DNA from: an uncultured Victivallales bacterium
GTDB taxonomy: Bacteria > Verrucomicrobiota > Kiritimatiellia > UBA8416 > CAYSRM01
Assembly: GCA_964475205.1 (NCBI GenBank)
Contig: CAYYVQ010000002.1
Span: 9,965 to 73,964 of the forward strand
Length of the DNA stretch: 64,000 nt
Direction: 5' to 3'
Shown: positions 20,319-29,640 of the stretch, one piece after another
Position numbering within the stretch: position 1 is the first letter of the stretch
Layout of the letters: every line of letters begins with the position of its first letter
Position numbers and translations under genes: made by a program
The notes under the pieces: generated by a model
Told to the model about the DNA's origin: nothing
Databases searched by the model: none
What the model saw: the letters and a program-made list of their open reading frames with translations, nothing else

Positions 20319-20916
20319 ATTTCTGCCTCCGGATATTCCTCATCACCCTGTTTATCTGCTTTCTAAGCGATTCCTTGTCGCCCTCATTGCGAATTACATA
20401 GTCCGACCTGACCGCCTTTTCTTCTACATCCATCTGCGCATCAATACGTCTGACTGCATCTTCATAACAAAGACCCCTCCCGGCTAAACGGCTAATCTGG
20501 CTGCTTCTCTCAGACGCGACACATATCACAGCATCCCAACCCCGGCCGCCTCCCGCCTCGTACAAAAGCGGCACAACGGCCACCGCACCCTCTACGCAAG
20601 TTGACATCTCCTCTGCTTGCAGCCATAAGTCGAGAGTATTCATAACCGCAGGATGCACAATCCTGTTCAACCTGGTCCGATCCTGCGAAGAGGAAAAAAT
20701 CACATCCGCAAGTTTTCGCCTGTCAATTTTCCCGTCTCCATCCGTCATCTCCAGACCAAATTCAGATATTACCTGCATGTATACATCGGCGCCGGGCCGC
20801 ATAAGTTCCCGAGCAATGTCATCTGCCTCCCGCACATCCATTCCAAGATCGGCCAGCATTGCCCCTGTAAGGCTCTTACCGCATGCTATTCCACCAGTAA
20901 CTGCAATCTTCAACAT
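20302..20916 (-). CDS. coaE: dephospho-CoA kinase
   Basis: [15 protein letters not shown] is a P-loop at the N-terminus and the CoaE fold length (204 aa) fits. Confidence 0.85.
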   Translation of the reverse strand: MLKIAVTGGIACGKSLTGAMLADLGMDVREADDIARELMRPGADVYMQVISEFGLEMTDGDGKIDRRKLADVIFSSSQDRTRLNRIVHPAVMNTLDLWLQAEEMSTCVEGAVAVVPLLYEAGGGRGWDAVICVASERSSQISRLAGRGLCYEDAVRRIDAQMDVEEKAVRSDYVIRNEGDKESLRKQINRVMRNIRRQKYGSKK

Positions 20917-21110
20917 TGAACTCGGATAAGCGCCTCAAAATTAGTGACTCGAGCAGATAAGGATATTAACAGGACATTGGAAATTCTTGATATGTGCAGT
21001 TAAACTGCACCTACCAAGTCATTTATGCACTTCGGGACAAAACATGTCAACAGAAAATACCATTTTTTGAAAGTTTTTATAAACCTCTCGCCCACAATTA
21101 CCAACAACCG

Positions 21111-21980
21111 CTACAACAACTGCCCCTGTTCAAGCTCCCTTGCAATACTGTCGAATTCCCATTTGCGGCAGAAATCTATTAAAGCCCTGTTGTCGCCTCC
21201 GGTGACCTCCATTTCCTCCGGGCTGAACGGGCAATCCAGGTCATCCTTCAAGCTCACCATCTGAAGATTCTTCAAAACCAGGTCCCTGTCCTTCAGGATT
21301 CTGGATAGAACCTTTTCCTGCTCTCCGCCCGGGTTTCCGGCAAGAATCTGACGTAACGGGCCATGTTCATTCAACACCTTTGCCGCTGTCTTCCTCCCGA
21401 TCCCTTTTACTCCCGGAATATTGTCCGAAGCGTCCCCCACAAGCGCAAGCCAGTCAGGCACCATCTGCGGTTCAACCCCGGTTTTTGCCCTGACCCCGTC
21501 CGTATCCAGAAGGTCTTCTTTGCCGGCCACGGGTATAACCTTAACCTTACCGTCTACAAGCTGGAACATATCCTTGTCGCCGGTCGCAATCAGTATTTCG
21601 TCAAACCTCTCCCGGTATCGTGCCACAATCGAAGCTATAACATCATCAGCCTCTTCGCTGTCCACTATCGCCCGGCACAATCCCGCTGCATCGAGATATT
21701 CCTCTACTACGGGTTTCTGGGCGCGCAGATCGTCCGGCATATCAGGACGCTGTGCCTTGTACTCAGCATGCAGGTCCATACGCCGCTGTGGTAGTCCCCC
21801 GTCGAAAATGACCGCTTCATGAGTCGGCTTCCACCTGCTTTGCAGTTGCCGGACCATCCTGACAAAACCAAACACCGCGTTCGTAGGCTGCCCGCCGGAA
21901 GTTGAAATATTTCGTATGGCAAAAAAAGCCCTGTAGACAACGGCCATGCCATCAATCAGAAGCAATCTTTTCAGCGACAT
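21111..21980 (-). CDS. stand-alone 5'-3' exonuclease / flap endonuclease (Pol I N-terminal domain homologue)
   Basis: LLLIDGMAVVYRAFFA, FDGG, the acidic metal-binding clusters and the helix-hairpin-helix DNIPGVKGIGRKTA are present. Length is 289 aa with no polymerase domain. Confidence 0.8.
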   Translation of the reverse strand: MSLKRLLLIDGMAVVYRAFFAIRNISTSGGQPTNAVFGFVRMVRQLQSRWKPTHEAVIFDGGLPQRRMDLHAEYKAQRPDMPDDLRAQKPVVEEYLDAAGLCRAIVDSEEADDVIASIVARYRERFDEILIATGDKDMFQLVDGKVKVIPVAGKEDLLDTDGVRAKTGVEPQMVPDWLALVGDASDNIPGVKGIGRKTAAKVLNEHGPLRQILAGNPGGEQEKVLSRILKDRDLVLKNLQMVSLKDDLDCPFSPEEMEVTGGDNRALIDFCRKWEFDSIARELEQGQLL

Positions 21981-22037
21981 CAGGCAATCCTTACAGGGAA
22001 TCCGGCCCCGACAGTGATATCTGGCTCCATCTTTGCG

Positions 22038-25000
22038 TCAATCGCCCTGGCTTTCTGTCAGCCTCTGCTCAAGAATCGTTGTATCCTCAGAAGGCGAGAG
22101 AGGCTTTCCTGCAGGATCAACGAGTTTTGCAGTAACAAAGATCAACAGATTCCTTTTTTCGCTTCGATCATACTTGCTTCTGAAAAGACGGCCTATCACA
22201 GGAATATCGCCGAGCACGGGAACCTTGTCGTCAACGGTTTGCCTGTCCTCGGTAATCATGCCACCCATTACAACGGTGGCTCCGTTGTATATGGACAGCC
22301 GGGTCGCAACCGTTCTGGTATGGAAGAACGGCTGTTCCATATTCAAGACAACTTCGTTGCCCGCGCTGTCAATAAAGCTGCTTCCGTAGTTGCGCCACGT
22401 CGGCTCGGTAACTACCTCCGGGGTCATAGTCAGGTCAATCATCTGACCGTCGTCGCTTACTTCGGGAACGACACCGAGTATGACGCCGACCTCGCGGGTC
22501 TCAAAAGCGCTGGGTTCCACAATTCCCCCGATAATCACCTCAACATCTTCGTCGCCAGCGGTCACAGGGGTTACAGTGAAGTCCGTGGGGTAGATATATT
22601 CGGTAACAACCTTGATCTCAGCGTCATGTCCGGCCTGCGTGGTCACCTTCGGCGCGGAAAGCATGTCCGCAAAACCGCGCTGCTCCATGGCATGGAGAAT
22701 AAACTCCAATTCCGGATTGGTGAGCACACCGGCCACCCTCAACAGGCTGTCGGAAACCGACGCGTTGTCGAGCCCTTCGCGCACGAACCTGTTTCCCTGC
22801 GTAAAACCGCGTCCGCTGCCAACAGGCGTCTGGTCATTTGCCCGGACTACGATTCTCTCCTGGCTGGAAGGTAACATGCTTGATCCGCTGCCCGGGTCGG
22901 TCGCAACTTCCCAGTCATCCGTAAGCAGCCACTCGAAGCCAAGAGAACTGAGATCGCCTCTTCGAACCTCCACGAATCTTGCTTCAATCTCGATCTGGTA
23001 TGGAACCACGTTGATTACAGAGAGAATCTGTTCGAGCACGGCAAGGTTCTCGGCGGTATTGGCCACTATGAGCTTTCCAATCGACCCCACATATTTGATG
23101 GAAGAGCCCTCCGGCCAGTCAACGCCCATTTCTCTGAAACCATCTTTCCAGCCTCCTTCTTCCTCTGGCTGATCGTCAGCTCCGCCGTCAAAGCCGCCAA
23201 AACCACCCATGCCCCCGGCGTCGCGTCTTGTACCGCCGCCAACAAGCTCGCCCTTGATTCTGGCTATCTTTTGCTGCGCACTGGGAAGAACGCTGTACCA
23301 TCTGACTATAATATCGCCCCTTGGCTTATCGGAAGGAACCAGCTTGACTATGCTCTCCTCAACCTCGACCCTGAGGTCGGCGGCATCAGCAACAAGTTTC
23401 AATGACCGCCACAACGAAATGTAGCGCGCGCTGAACGTTATAAGTTCAATATCTTCGCCGGCGCCCTCTTCAGTCTCGGTATCAGGCTCCCCCCAGAGAC
23501 CGCCGCCTGCCTCCGCAGGCTCCTCTTCTTCCCTTGGGCCGCCTCGCCCTGCGCCAAGCTGCAGAATGATGTTCACTCCCTTTCGTTCGTCATCGCTCTT
23601 GTCAAATTCAATACTGGCGTCAGTCAGAAAATCGACCACGTCATAGATGTTGGCCTGCCTGAAGGTGATTTCCGGAATTTCGATGTTTTGCATCTTCTCA
23701 ATCAGTTTTGTTCTTGCAGAAACCCTCATCTCCGGCTCCGGCCGTGTGGTCGTTTCACCATCCTGGACTCCTGCCGGACTGACTTCGGCATAGTCCCTGG
23801 GGTTCCATGTCTCGACAAGACTGGCGATCATACTATCCCGGGTGGTTTCCCTTTCCATTACCGCCCTGTCTTCCCGTTCGCGCGCAACTTTTGCCAGCAA
23901 CCGAATTGACTCGGTATTGTCCGGATGGTTTCGAAGAATCTTCTCAAACTCGTATTGGGCCTTGTCATACTCTCCTGCGGCGAGGTATCGCTTGCCGACC
24001 CTTAACGACTTTTGCACATCTGCTTCCTTCTGCCGGAACTCCCTGGAATCAATATAGTCTGCTGGTCGCGACACGTCTATTTTTTGCGGTTCTTCGGCAA
24101 TAAGTCGCTTCAGTGTGCTCACAAGCCTTGCGGCCTTTTGGTGGCCAAGGTTTGCAGCCTTCTGTGCCCTGGCACGGGCTTTTTCATATTCCCTTTGCTC
24201 TCTCAGCAAAAGGGCTTCCTGGTAATAACAGTTTCTCAAGCCGTCCCGCGCCCTCTTCCGGACCCAGTCTGTTTCGGGCCGCCGCGGTATCCTTTTATCC
24301 AGGGCTGCGCTGAACAGTCTCACTGCCTTTTCAAAATTGTTCCTCTCCAGGGCAGCCTCGCCTTCAAGCATGGTTTCCCTGGCGTATTGCTCCAGCGCCA
24401 CGCGCCTGAGCTCTTCCTCTGTCATAACATTGCTGAGTTCGGGTGAAAGTTCAGGTTCTGCCCTGGAAACTTCTTCCTCTGCGGTAACCTGTTCTGCCGC
24501 TTGCACCCTGACATGTTCCTGCGCCGCCTGCCTAACCGGCGAGTCGTCTTCCTGTTCTGCTTCCTGAAGAATTTCATTCTCTATAGAGGCGGCAGCCTCG
24601 TCCACCATCCGGGCAGTCTCTGCCATCCGCTCGTCGCCAGCTTCAGTTGCAGCAGCATCCTGCATCTCGCCGGGTGTTTCGTCTTCAGCGGCTTCTTCCG
24701 AAGCCGCAGACTCTTCGGCCCCCTCTTCGGTCTCACCCAGCAAAGCTTCCAACCCCATATCTTCATCGCCGGCATCGGCCTCTTCATCGCCTTCTGTGTC
24801 GCCGGTTTCTTCATCATCGTCATCACTGTCTTCTGCTTCTGCAGGCTGGGTTTCAACGCCTTCATCGGCTGCGCCCTGATCACCGTCATCTTCATCTTCA
24901 TCTTCATCTTCTCCCTCGGCGGTTTCGTCCTGGCCTTCATCGAAACCCAGGAGGTCTTCCAGCGACGCCTCCCCACCGGCCGTTGCGCCCCCATCGTCAT

Positions 25001-25085
25001 CCTGGGCTGAAGATAGGTAGATCCCCAAAAAAAGCGTAATTGTAAGGGCGCAAAACAGCGCTGTGCCATATTTCCTTAATGTCAT
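22038..25085 (-). CDS. pilQ: secretin (PilQ/GspD family) with long acidic and TPR-like N-terminal region
   Basis: The C-terminal secretin domain is ...VATRLSIYNGATVVMGGMITEDRQTVDDKVPVLGDIPVIGRLFRSKYDRSEKRNLLIFVTAKLV. There is a signal peptide and a ~150-aa D/E-rich low-complexity tract after it. Length is 1015 aa. Confidence 0.85.
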   Translation of the reverse strand: MTLRKYGTALFCALTITLFLGIYLSSAQDDDGGATAGGEASLEDLLGFDEGQDETAEGEDEDEDEDDGDQGAADEGVETQPAEAEDSDDDDEETGDTEGDEEADAGDEDMGLEALLGETEEGAEESAASEEAAEDETPGEMQDAAATEAGDERMAETARMVDEAAASIENEILQEAEQEDDSPVRQAAQEHVRVQAAEQVTAEEEVSRAEPELSPELSNVMTEEELRRVALEQYARETMLEGEAALERNNFEKAVRLFSAALDKRIPRRPETDWVRKRARDGLRNCYYQEALLLREQREYEKARARAQKAANLGHQKAARLVSTLKRLIAEEPQKIDVSRPADYIDSREFRQKEADVQKSLRVGKRYLAAGEYDKAQYEFEKILRNHPDNTESIRLLAKVAREREDRAVMERETTRDSMIASLVETWNPRDYAEVSPAGVQDGETTTRPEPEMRVSARTKLIEKMQNIEIPEITFRQANIYDVVDFLTDASIEFDKSDDERKGVNIILQLGAGRGGPREEEEPAEAGGGLWGEPDTETEEGAGEDIELITFSARYISLWRSLKLVADAADLRVEVEESIVKLVPSDKPRGDIIVRWYSVLPSAQQKIARIKGELVGGGTRRDAGGMGGFGGFDGGADDQPEEEGGWKDGFREMGVDWPEGSSIKYVGSIGKLIVANTAENLAVLEQILSVINVVPYQIEIEARFVEVRRGDLSSLGFEWLLTDDWEVATDPGSGSSMLPSSQERIVVRANDQTPVGSGRGFTQGNRFVREGLDNASVSDSLLRVAGVLTNPELEFILHAMEQRGFADMLSAPKVTTQAGHDAEIKVVTEYIYPTDFTVTPVTAGDEDVEVIIGGIVEPSAFETREVGVILGVVPEVSDDGQMIDLTMTPEVVTEPTWRNYGSSFIDSAGNEVVLNMEQPFFHTRTVATRLSIYNGATVVMGGMITEDRQTVDDKVPVLGDIPVIGRLFRSKYDRSEKRNLLIFVTAKLVDPAGKPLSPSEDTTILEQRLTESQGD

Positions 25086-25196
25086 TTTATTTGTCCCCCA
25101 GAATTTGGAATTCCAATATCCACAATACTACATGTTCCGTTTAATCTGAACCAGCAAAGCCAATCCCTCATGCTTGCGGGTCCGGTTGCGCATCCC

Positions 25197-26264
25197 TCAG
25201 CGGGCAGCCATTCCGACTTTGATTCTATCCCCGGTTGGAAGCTTGGTAATTAAAACTTTTTTCTCGTCCGTGTCAATATCTATTACTTTATATTCTATTC
25301 CCTTGAGTGCAAACTGGTCGCCTTCCTTGACACGAAACTCTTTGTCTTCCCGGTGAAAGTTCAAAATCGCCGAATATTTTCTGAATATCCGTTCCCGATC
25401 CTTAACGAGTGTCACATCTTCACCATTTTTCGATAGTGTAATCTCGGAGACATCCTTTTTAACCTCCTGGCCAAGGGACTTTTTGAAAACCATATTGGTC
25501 TTGGCCTTATAGTCCGACACAACAAAAACCTCTTCCTCGCCGCCAAATCTGACTGTGATCTTATCGCCAAGTTTGACAAAGTAGGTCTGATCCAAAGTCG
25601 CTGAATTAATCCCAAACTGGAGCGAACCGTCCGGCATACGTGCCCTGCTGAAGAACTCAAGAGGAAACCTTTCGGCATCAAACCTGACAAGCCGCAAATC
25701 CTTTTCAGGCGGAGGAAAATCTTCCGGATCATTCGGATCCGTCCCTGCCTCGAACTCCTCGAGATTGCTGTAGCCGTCTCCGTCAGCGTCGGCCGCAGCA
25801 TCCGAAGGATCATTGGGATCCAGACCATGCTCCCGTTCCCACTCATCTTTCATGCCGTCCTTGTCCCAGTCTTTGCGTTCACCCTTTGGTTTGGGCTGCA
25901 CATGGCCACAGAAATCGCACACCCGGGCGTCAAACGGGATCGGCATCCTGCAGTCCACGCACCAGACACGCCGCTCGGGAACAGTAAGCGCATTTGTCCA
26001 TGCCTCATAATTCAAAGTGTCGGGCTGCTCCAGCATATTGACCGCCGCGCGATAAGGCCCGACATCAATCTTTGAAGCATACTCATGAGTGGGTCTGAGC
26101 GTTTCAAGCTCCCTCTCCAGTCTCTGTCGCATGGACTTGGCGCCGCCCACAAGCATTACCAGATACAGAAGAGAGCCAAGAAGCAGAACTAAAATCAGTC
26201 CCGCGATAAGGCGGTCGTAATGAGTCCTGACCCCTCGAATAATTCTAGACGTATTAAGCTTCAA
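25197..26264 (-). CDS. membrane-anchored protein with zinc-ribbon and TSP3-like Ca-binding motif (occupies PilP position)
   Basis: An N-terminal TM helix is followed by CVDCRMP...CDFCGH (C4 zinc ribbon) and DADGDGYSNLEEFEAGTDPNDPED. Translational overlap with neighbours on both sides indicates operon membership. Confidence 0.5.
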   Translation of the reverse strand: MKLNTSRIIRGVRTHYDRLIAGLILVLLLGSLLYLVMLVGGAKSMRQRLERELETLRPTHEYASKIDVGPYRAAVNMLEQPDTLNYEAWTNALTVPERRVWCVDCRMPIPFDARVCDFCGHVQPKPKGERKDWDKDGMKDEWEREHGLDPNDPSDAAADADGDGYSNLEEFEAGTDPNDPEDFPPPEKDLRLVRFDAERFPLEFFSRARMPDGSLQFGINSATLDQTYFVKLGDKITVRFGGEEEVFVVSDYKAKTNMVFKKSLGQEVKKDVSEITLSKNGEDVTLVKDRERIFRKYSAILNFHREDKEFRVKEGDQFALKGIEYKVIDIDTDEKKVLITKLPTGDRIKVGMAAR

Positions 26265-27171
26265 TATCTGTTACCTCTGCAAATTTATAGACATCCAGTT
26301 CCAGGCGGATGCTCATTGATTTTTCGAGTTGCAGACCGCTGACCAGCCTGTCCTCCCTCAAGGGCGGCTCGCCCTTGTCTTCGCCGGCATTCTTGCCCGC
26401 CGCTGCGATCTCCGCTGGATGTTTAACATCGCCTTTCTGCTTTTCCACGGAAAGGAAAACGACAACAGCAAAAAGATCATGGTCAGTTAGAGCATTGAGA
26501 GTCTTAAGCAATTCTTCCTCTTTCGCCTCAAAAGACAAAACAAAACGATATTTGCCGTAAAGACTGCCTTCCGGCACAAGTCCAGCGTCCGGGTTCCTCA
26601 GCTTAGCTGCACCGCGCCCGCGTGATCTACCTCTTCCCGCGCCTGCTGATTCAAATACTTCCCTTTCTATCTTGCCGACAGTTTTGACGCCGGCCCGGCT
26701 CAAAATCGAGGCAAGCTGCTCAATAATGGCAAGCTGTTCGGTCAATCGGGGGACCTCTGCGGGACGCGGCGTCCTCATATCTTCGGCAAGATACCTCTCA
26801 AATCCGATTGAGATGCTCTTGTTGCGTGAGAACATATCCACGATCTCTTGGTGTTTGTTCTGCAGATTCAGAATAAACACAGACGGACTTCTTTCATCGC
26901 CGGTTTCAATCTGCCGTTCCCGCAACGCAGCAAAAGTTCTTTCAAACCATTCCCTGGCGACAACAACATTCTCGCGCTCAATTTCCACATTTTCCGAAGA
27001 TGGAAAAGGTTTCTTCTCATAGTAGTTGTGAAGCTGTGTCTTCTTATTATTGACCCGGGCTTCTTCTCTCCTGAATTCGGTTATGCCGCGAAAAAGCAGA
27101 ATGGCCGAAACAATAAATAGAACCGCAAGCACGGCTGCTATAGCGAGAAAAAATATTTTCTTCCGGGTCAT
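26254..27171 (-). CDS. PilO-like bitopic membrane protein (TM + coiled coil)
   Basis: The N-terminal TM is FLAIAAVLAVLFIVSAILLF, followed by a coiled-coil region. Its operon position is between the pilM/N fusion and the secretin. The assignment is by architecture only. Confidence 0.45.
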   Translation of the reverse strand: MTRKKIFFLAIAAVLAVLFIVSAILLFRGITEFRREEARVNNKKTQLHNYYEKKPFPSSENVEIERENVVVAREWFERTFAALRERQIETGDERSPSVFILNLQNKHQEIVDMFSRNKSISIGFERYLAEDMRTPRPAEVPRLTEQLAIIEQLASILSRAGVKTVGKIEREVFESAGAGRGRSRGRGAAKLRNPDAGLVPEGSLYGKYRFVLSFEAKEEELLKTLNALTDHDLFAVVVFLSVEKQKGDVKHPAEIAAAGKNAGEDKGEPPLREDRLVSGLQLEKSMSIRLELDVYKFAEVTDIEA

Positions 27172-27181
27172 ATCTGGTTTC

Positions 27182-28834
27182 TCACCTTATCTGTATGCGC
27201 TCGGCAAGCTCCGCTTCAAGAGTAAATTCCTTGACTCCCGGCACTTTTGCAAGCGGCATCTTTGTAATACGTACATTGTCGCTGAAAACTTCGTGCGTTT
27301 TCAGTTGATCCCTGTAGATTTCCATGGCAGGCACCCCCGAGCCTTCGGAAACCAGTTCAATCATATCCTGAAAACCGGCGGCTTCGATCGTAATGCCTGT
27401 TATCTCTTTATTATTGCCTGTTGTCACAGGGGCAATCCTGCGAATCCACATTCCCTTGAATATTGAGTCCTGAACGGCCGCAATTATATCGAGCCACCGG
27501 GTCTTCTCCGAAATCAAGGAGGTTAAATTCCCTATCTCGCCTTCAATCTGACTTCGCTCTTCCAGTACCCTGTTCAGTTTTTCATGCGTTTCTTCCAGGC
27601 CTCCGATCTTGTTGTCTACAGTTTCGGCCAGCTTTGTCAGCATCTTCTGTGTCTCATGAAAGTATACCCACCAGCAGAGCATGATCAGAACAACTCCCAC
27701 CGCGGAAAGAATAAAAAACGGCTGCCGTCTCCTCATGGTCTTTTTTGCGACGAGTTCGGGAGGCATCAGGTTGATTTCAACAGGGCAGCTCAGAGCCCCG
27801 CGAAGAGCAAGTCCCGTGACTTCGCCCAGCACATGCATGTCGCCCTGCACCCTTTCAGAAGATAACGCTTCATTTACCGCAACCCTCTCAAACGGGTTGA
27901 TAAAAGCCACTTCAGCGTCCAGCTTCTCCCTGAAAAACGTCTCCAGGTGCGGAATAATCGAACTGCCGCCGGCAAGCAAAACCAGGTCCGGGGTCGAACC
28001 CCGCTGCTGGCTGCGGTAGAAGTTAATCGATCTGTTCACCTCGGCATGCAGACGGGTAACAACATTTCTTACAATTTTTGATACCTTTTCGCCAACTTCA
28101 TTGTCCGGTCCGGAATAAACGCCTCCAAAAGCAACAAAGCCGTGTTCCATTTTCAGATCTTCGGCTTCCGAATAGGAAACTTCAAATTCCTTCTCAATTT
28201 CACGAGTAAGCGTATTTCCCGCCACGGGAATGCTCCTGCTGAAAATACGGCTGCCTTCTAAAAAAATCAGGTTGGAAGATTTTGCCCCTATATCAAGAAG
28301 CATTGTGCAGCCCTGCAAGTCGGGGTTGTTGTAGCGAACCGCGTTATAAAGCGCCATGGGAGCCACATCAACTACTTCCGGCTCCATGCCGATTGCAACA
28401 AGGCTGTCTGTTATCTTCCTGACGCCTTCATTTTTGACGGCGACCAGCATAACGTTCTGTTCGCCTTCTTCGCCCTCGATAAGCTGATAGTCCCAGACGA
28501 CCTCTTCTATAGGGAAAGGCACGTTCTGTTCGGCCTCGTAGCGCACAATCTGCAGAACTTTATCGCTGGAAACGGGGGGCAGCTTGACAAAGCGAGGAAA
28601 AACCGCCTGCCCGGATATACTTATGAAGGTTCTGCCCTCACGTATACCCTGCTCCTTCATCACCCTTCTAAGGGTCTTCCTGATATGCGTAGCGGCGTCT
28701 TCCGTCTCAGAAACTTCAGCCTCGTAATACCCGATCCCGTAGTTCAGCAGTTCCGGCCCATCCGGGTCAAACGCTGCAACTACAAGTTTGCTGGCGCCGA
28801 TATCAACGGCAATGATGTTTTTCTTTCCGAACAT
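27182..28834 (-). CDS. pilM: type IV pilus assembly protein PilM (actin-like ATPase fold) fused to a PilN-like TM/coiled-coil domain
   Basis: The N-terminus IIAVDIGASKLVVAAF is followed by MLLDIGAKSSNLIFLE and LAGGSSIIPHLETF, the actin/FtsA/PilM fold. After ~aa 360 there is a single TM (FFILSAVGVVLIMLCWWVYF) plus coiled coil, as in PilN. The start is placed at MFGKK. The ORF-track start at 28870 is also possible. Confidence 0.75.
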   Translation of the reverse strand: MFGKKNIIAVDIGASKLVVAAFDPDGPELLNYGIGYYEAEVSETEDAATHIRKTLRRVMKEQGIREGRTFISISGQAVFPRFVKLPPVSSDKVLQIVRYEAEQNVPFPIEEVVWDYQLIEGEEGEQNVMLVAVKNEGVRKITDSLVAIGMEPEVVDVAPMALYNAVRYNNPDLQGCTMLLDIGAKSSNLIFLEGSRIFSRSIPVAGNTLTREIEKEFEVSYSEAEDLKMEHGFVAFGGVYSGPDNEVGEKVSKIVRNVVTRLHAEVNRSINFYRSQQRGSTPDLVLLAGGSSIIPHLETFFREKLDAEVAFINPFERVAVNEALSSERVQGDMHVLGEVTGLALRGALSCPVEINLMPPELVAKKTMRRRQPFFILSAVGVVLIMLCWWVYFHETQKMLTKLAETVDNKIGGLEETHEKLNRVLEERSQIEGEIGNLTSLISEKTRWLDIIAAVQDSIFKGMWIRRIAPVTTGNNKEITGITIEAAGFQDMIELVSEGSGVPAMEIYRDQLKTHEVFSDNVRITKMPLAKVPGVKEFTLEAELAERIQIR

Positions 28835-28876
28835 ATCCTGACACAACAGCCGAGACGGCAAACGCCGCACAGCAAC

Positions 28877-29518
28877 CTATTTCCTGATGTATTCGTAATC
28901 CTGCATGTTAATGTATTTGAATGGCGAACTGGCCCTGTCCATCAGATACCCGTCTCTTTCAGTCACTACATCGCTGTTCAGAACCCTTTTGTTCTCCCAC
29001 CAGTCCTCCGGAAGATCCCTGTCCTGTCTATCTGAGACATAAGCAATAAGGGTTCCCTCGAATCTTATTTCAACGGCAATGGCAACCAGTTGACCAAACC
29101 GCAACAGCGCATGCGGCCTGAGATATGCCGTGCTTATGTGTTCGCGCCCCTCCTGGATATCGCCATACGTGACATTTTCTTTATAAAGACTGTAAGCGGG
29201 CCGTCCGTCAACCTCGCCCCTGCTCATTGCGTAATACTGAAAAGTAAGCGAATCAATCCATTCGGGAGCCGTGTCGTAGGTCGTCTTGATCTCAACCCAT
29301 TCACGGGGACGTTTAACGCTGCGTCGCACATCGGCATCATAGCGCGGGGTTTCTATTAAAGCCCTGCGGCTCAAACCTTCCAGCGCCCTTATCTTCAGTA
29401 TCCCCGGATTATCACCGGTTTCCGCGCCCGGATAAACAGGCCTGCCCTGTCCAAAAGACCTGAACGTTAAGCCCGAAAAAAAAGCCAGAACAGTCAATAT
29501 GTATAGGATACGTTTCAT
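28877..29518 (-). CDS. secreted hypothetical protein
   Basis: A signal peptide MKRILYILTVLAFFSGLTFRSFGQG is present and no recognisable domain. It sits upstream in the same strand run as pilM. Confidence 0.5.
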   Translation of the reverse strand: MKRILYILTVLAFFSGLTFRSFGQGRPVYPGAETGDNPGILKIRALEGLSRRALIETPRYDADVRRSVKRPREWVEIKTTYDTAPEWIDSLTFQYYAMSRGEVDGRPAYSLYKENVTYGDIQEGREHISTAYLRPHALLRFGQLVAIAVEIRFEGTLIAYVSDRQDRDLPEDWWENKRVLNSDVVTERDGYLMDRASSPFKYINMQDYEYIRK

Positions 29519-29640
29519 AGCAAGCAGTTCCCTCCTAACCGTGGGGTTGAACTATACACTCCAGTTAATATAAAAATCAAATGAAAAAATCAGTCTTCTC
29601 CATTCAACCACGCATTAAGCTGATTTTACGGGTTACAGCC

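Noticed and set aside
24581-25069. Basic/Pro-rich ORFs (162 aa minus, 130 aa plus at 24647-25039) antisense or out of frame within the secretin acidic tract
   Set aside because: They are artefacts of the low-complexity GA-rich repeat. The secretin frame is continuous with signal peptide and domain evidence.
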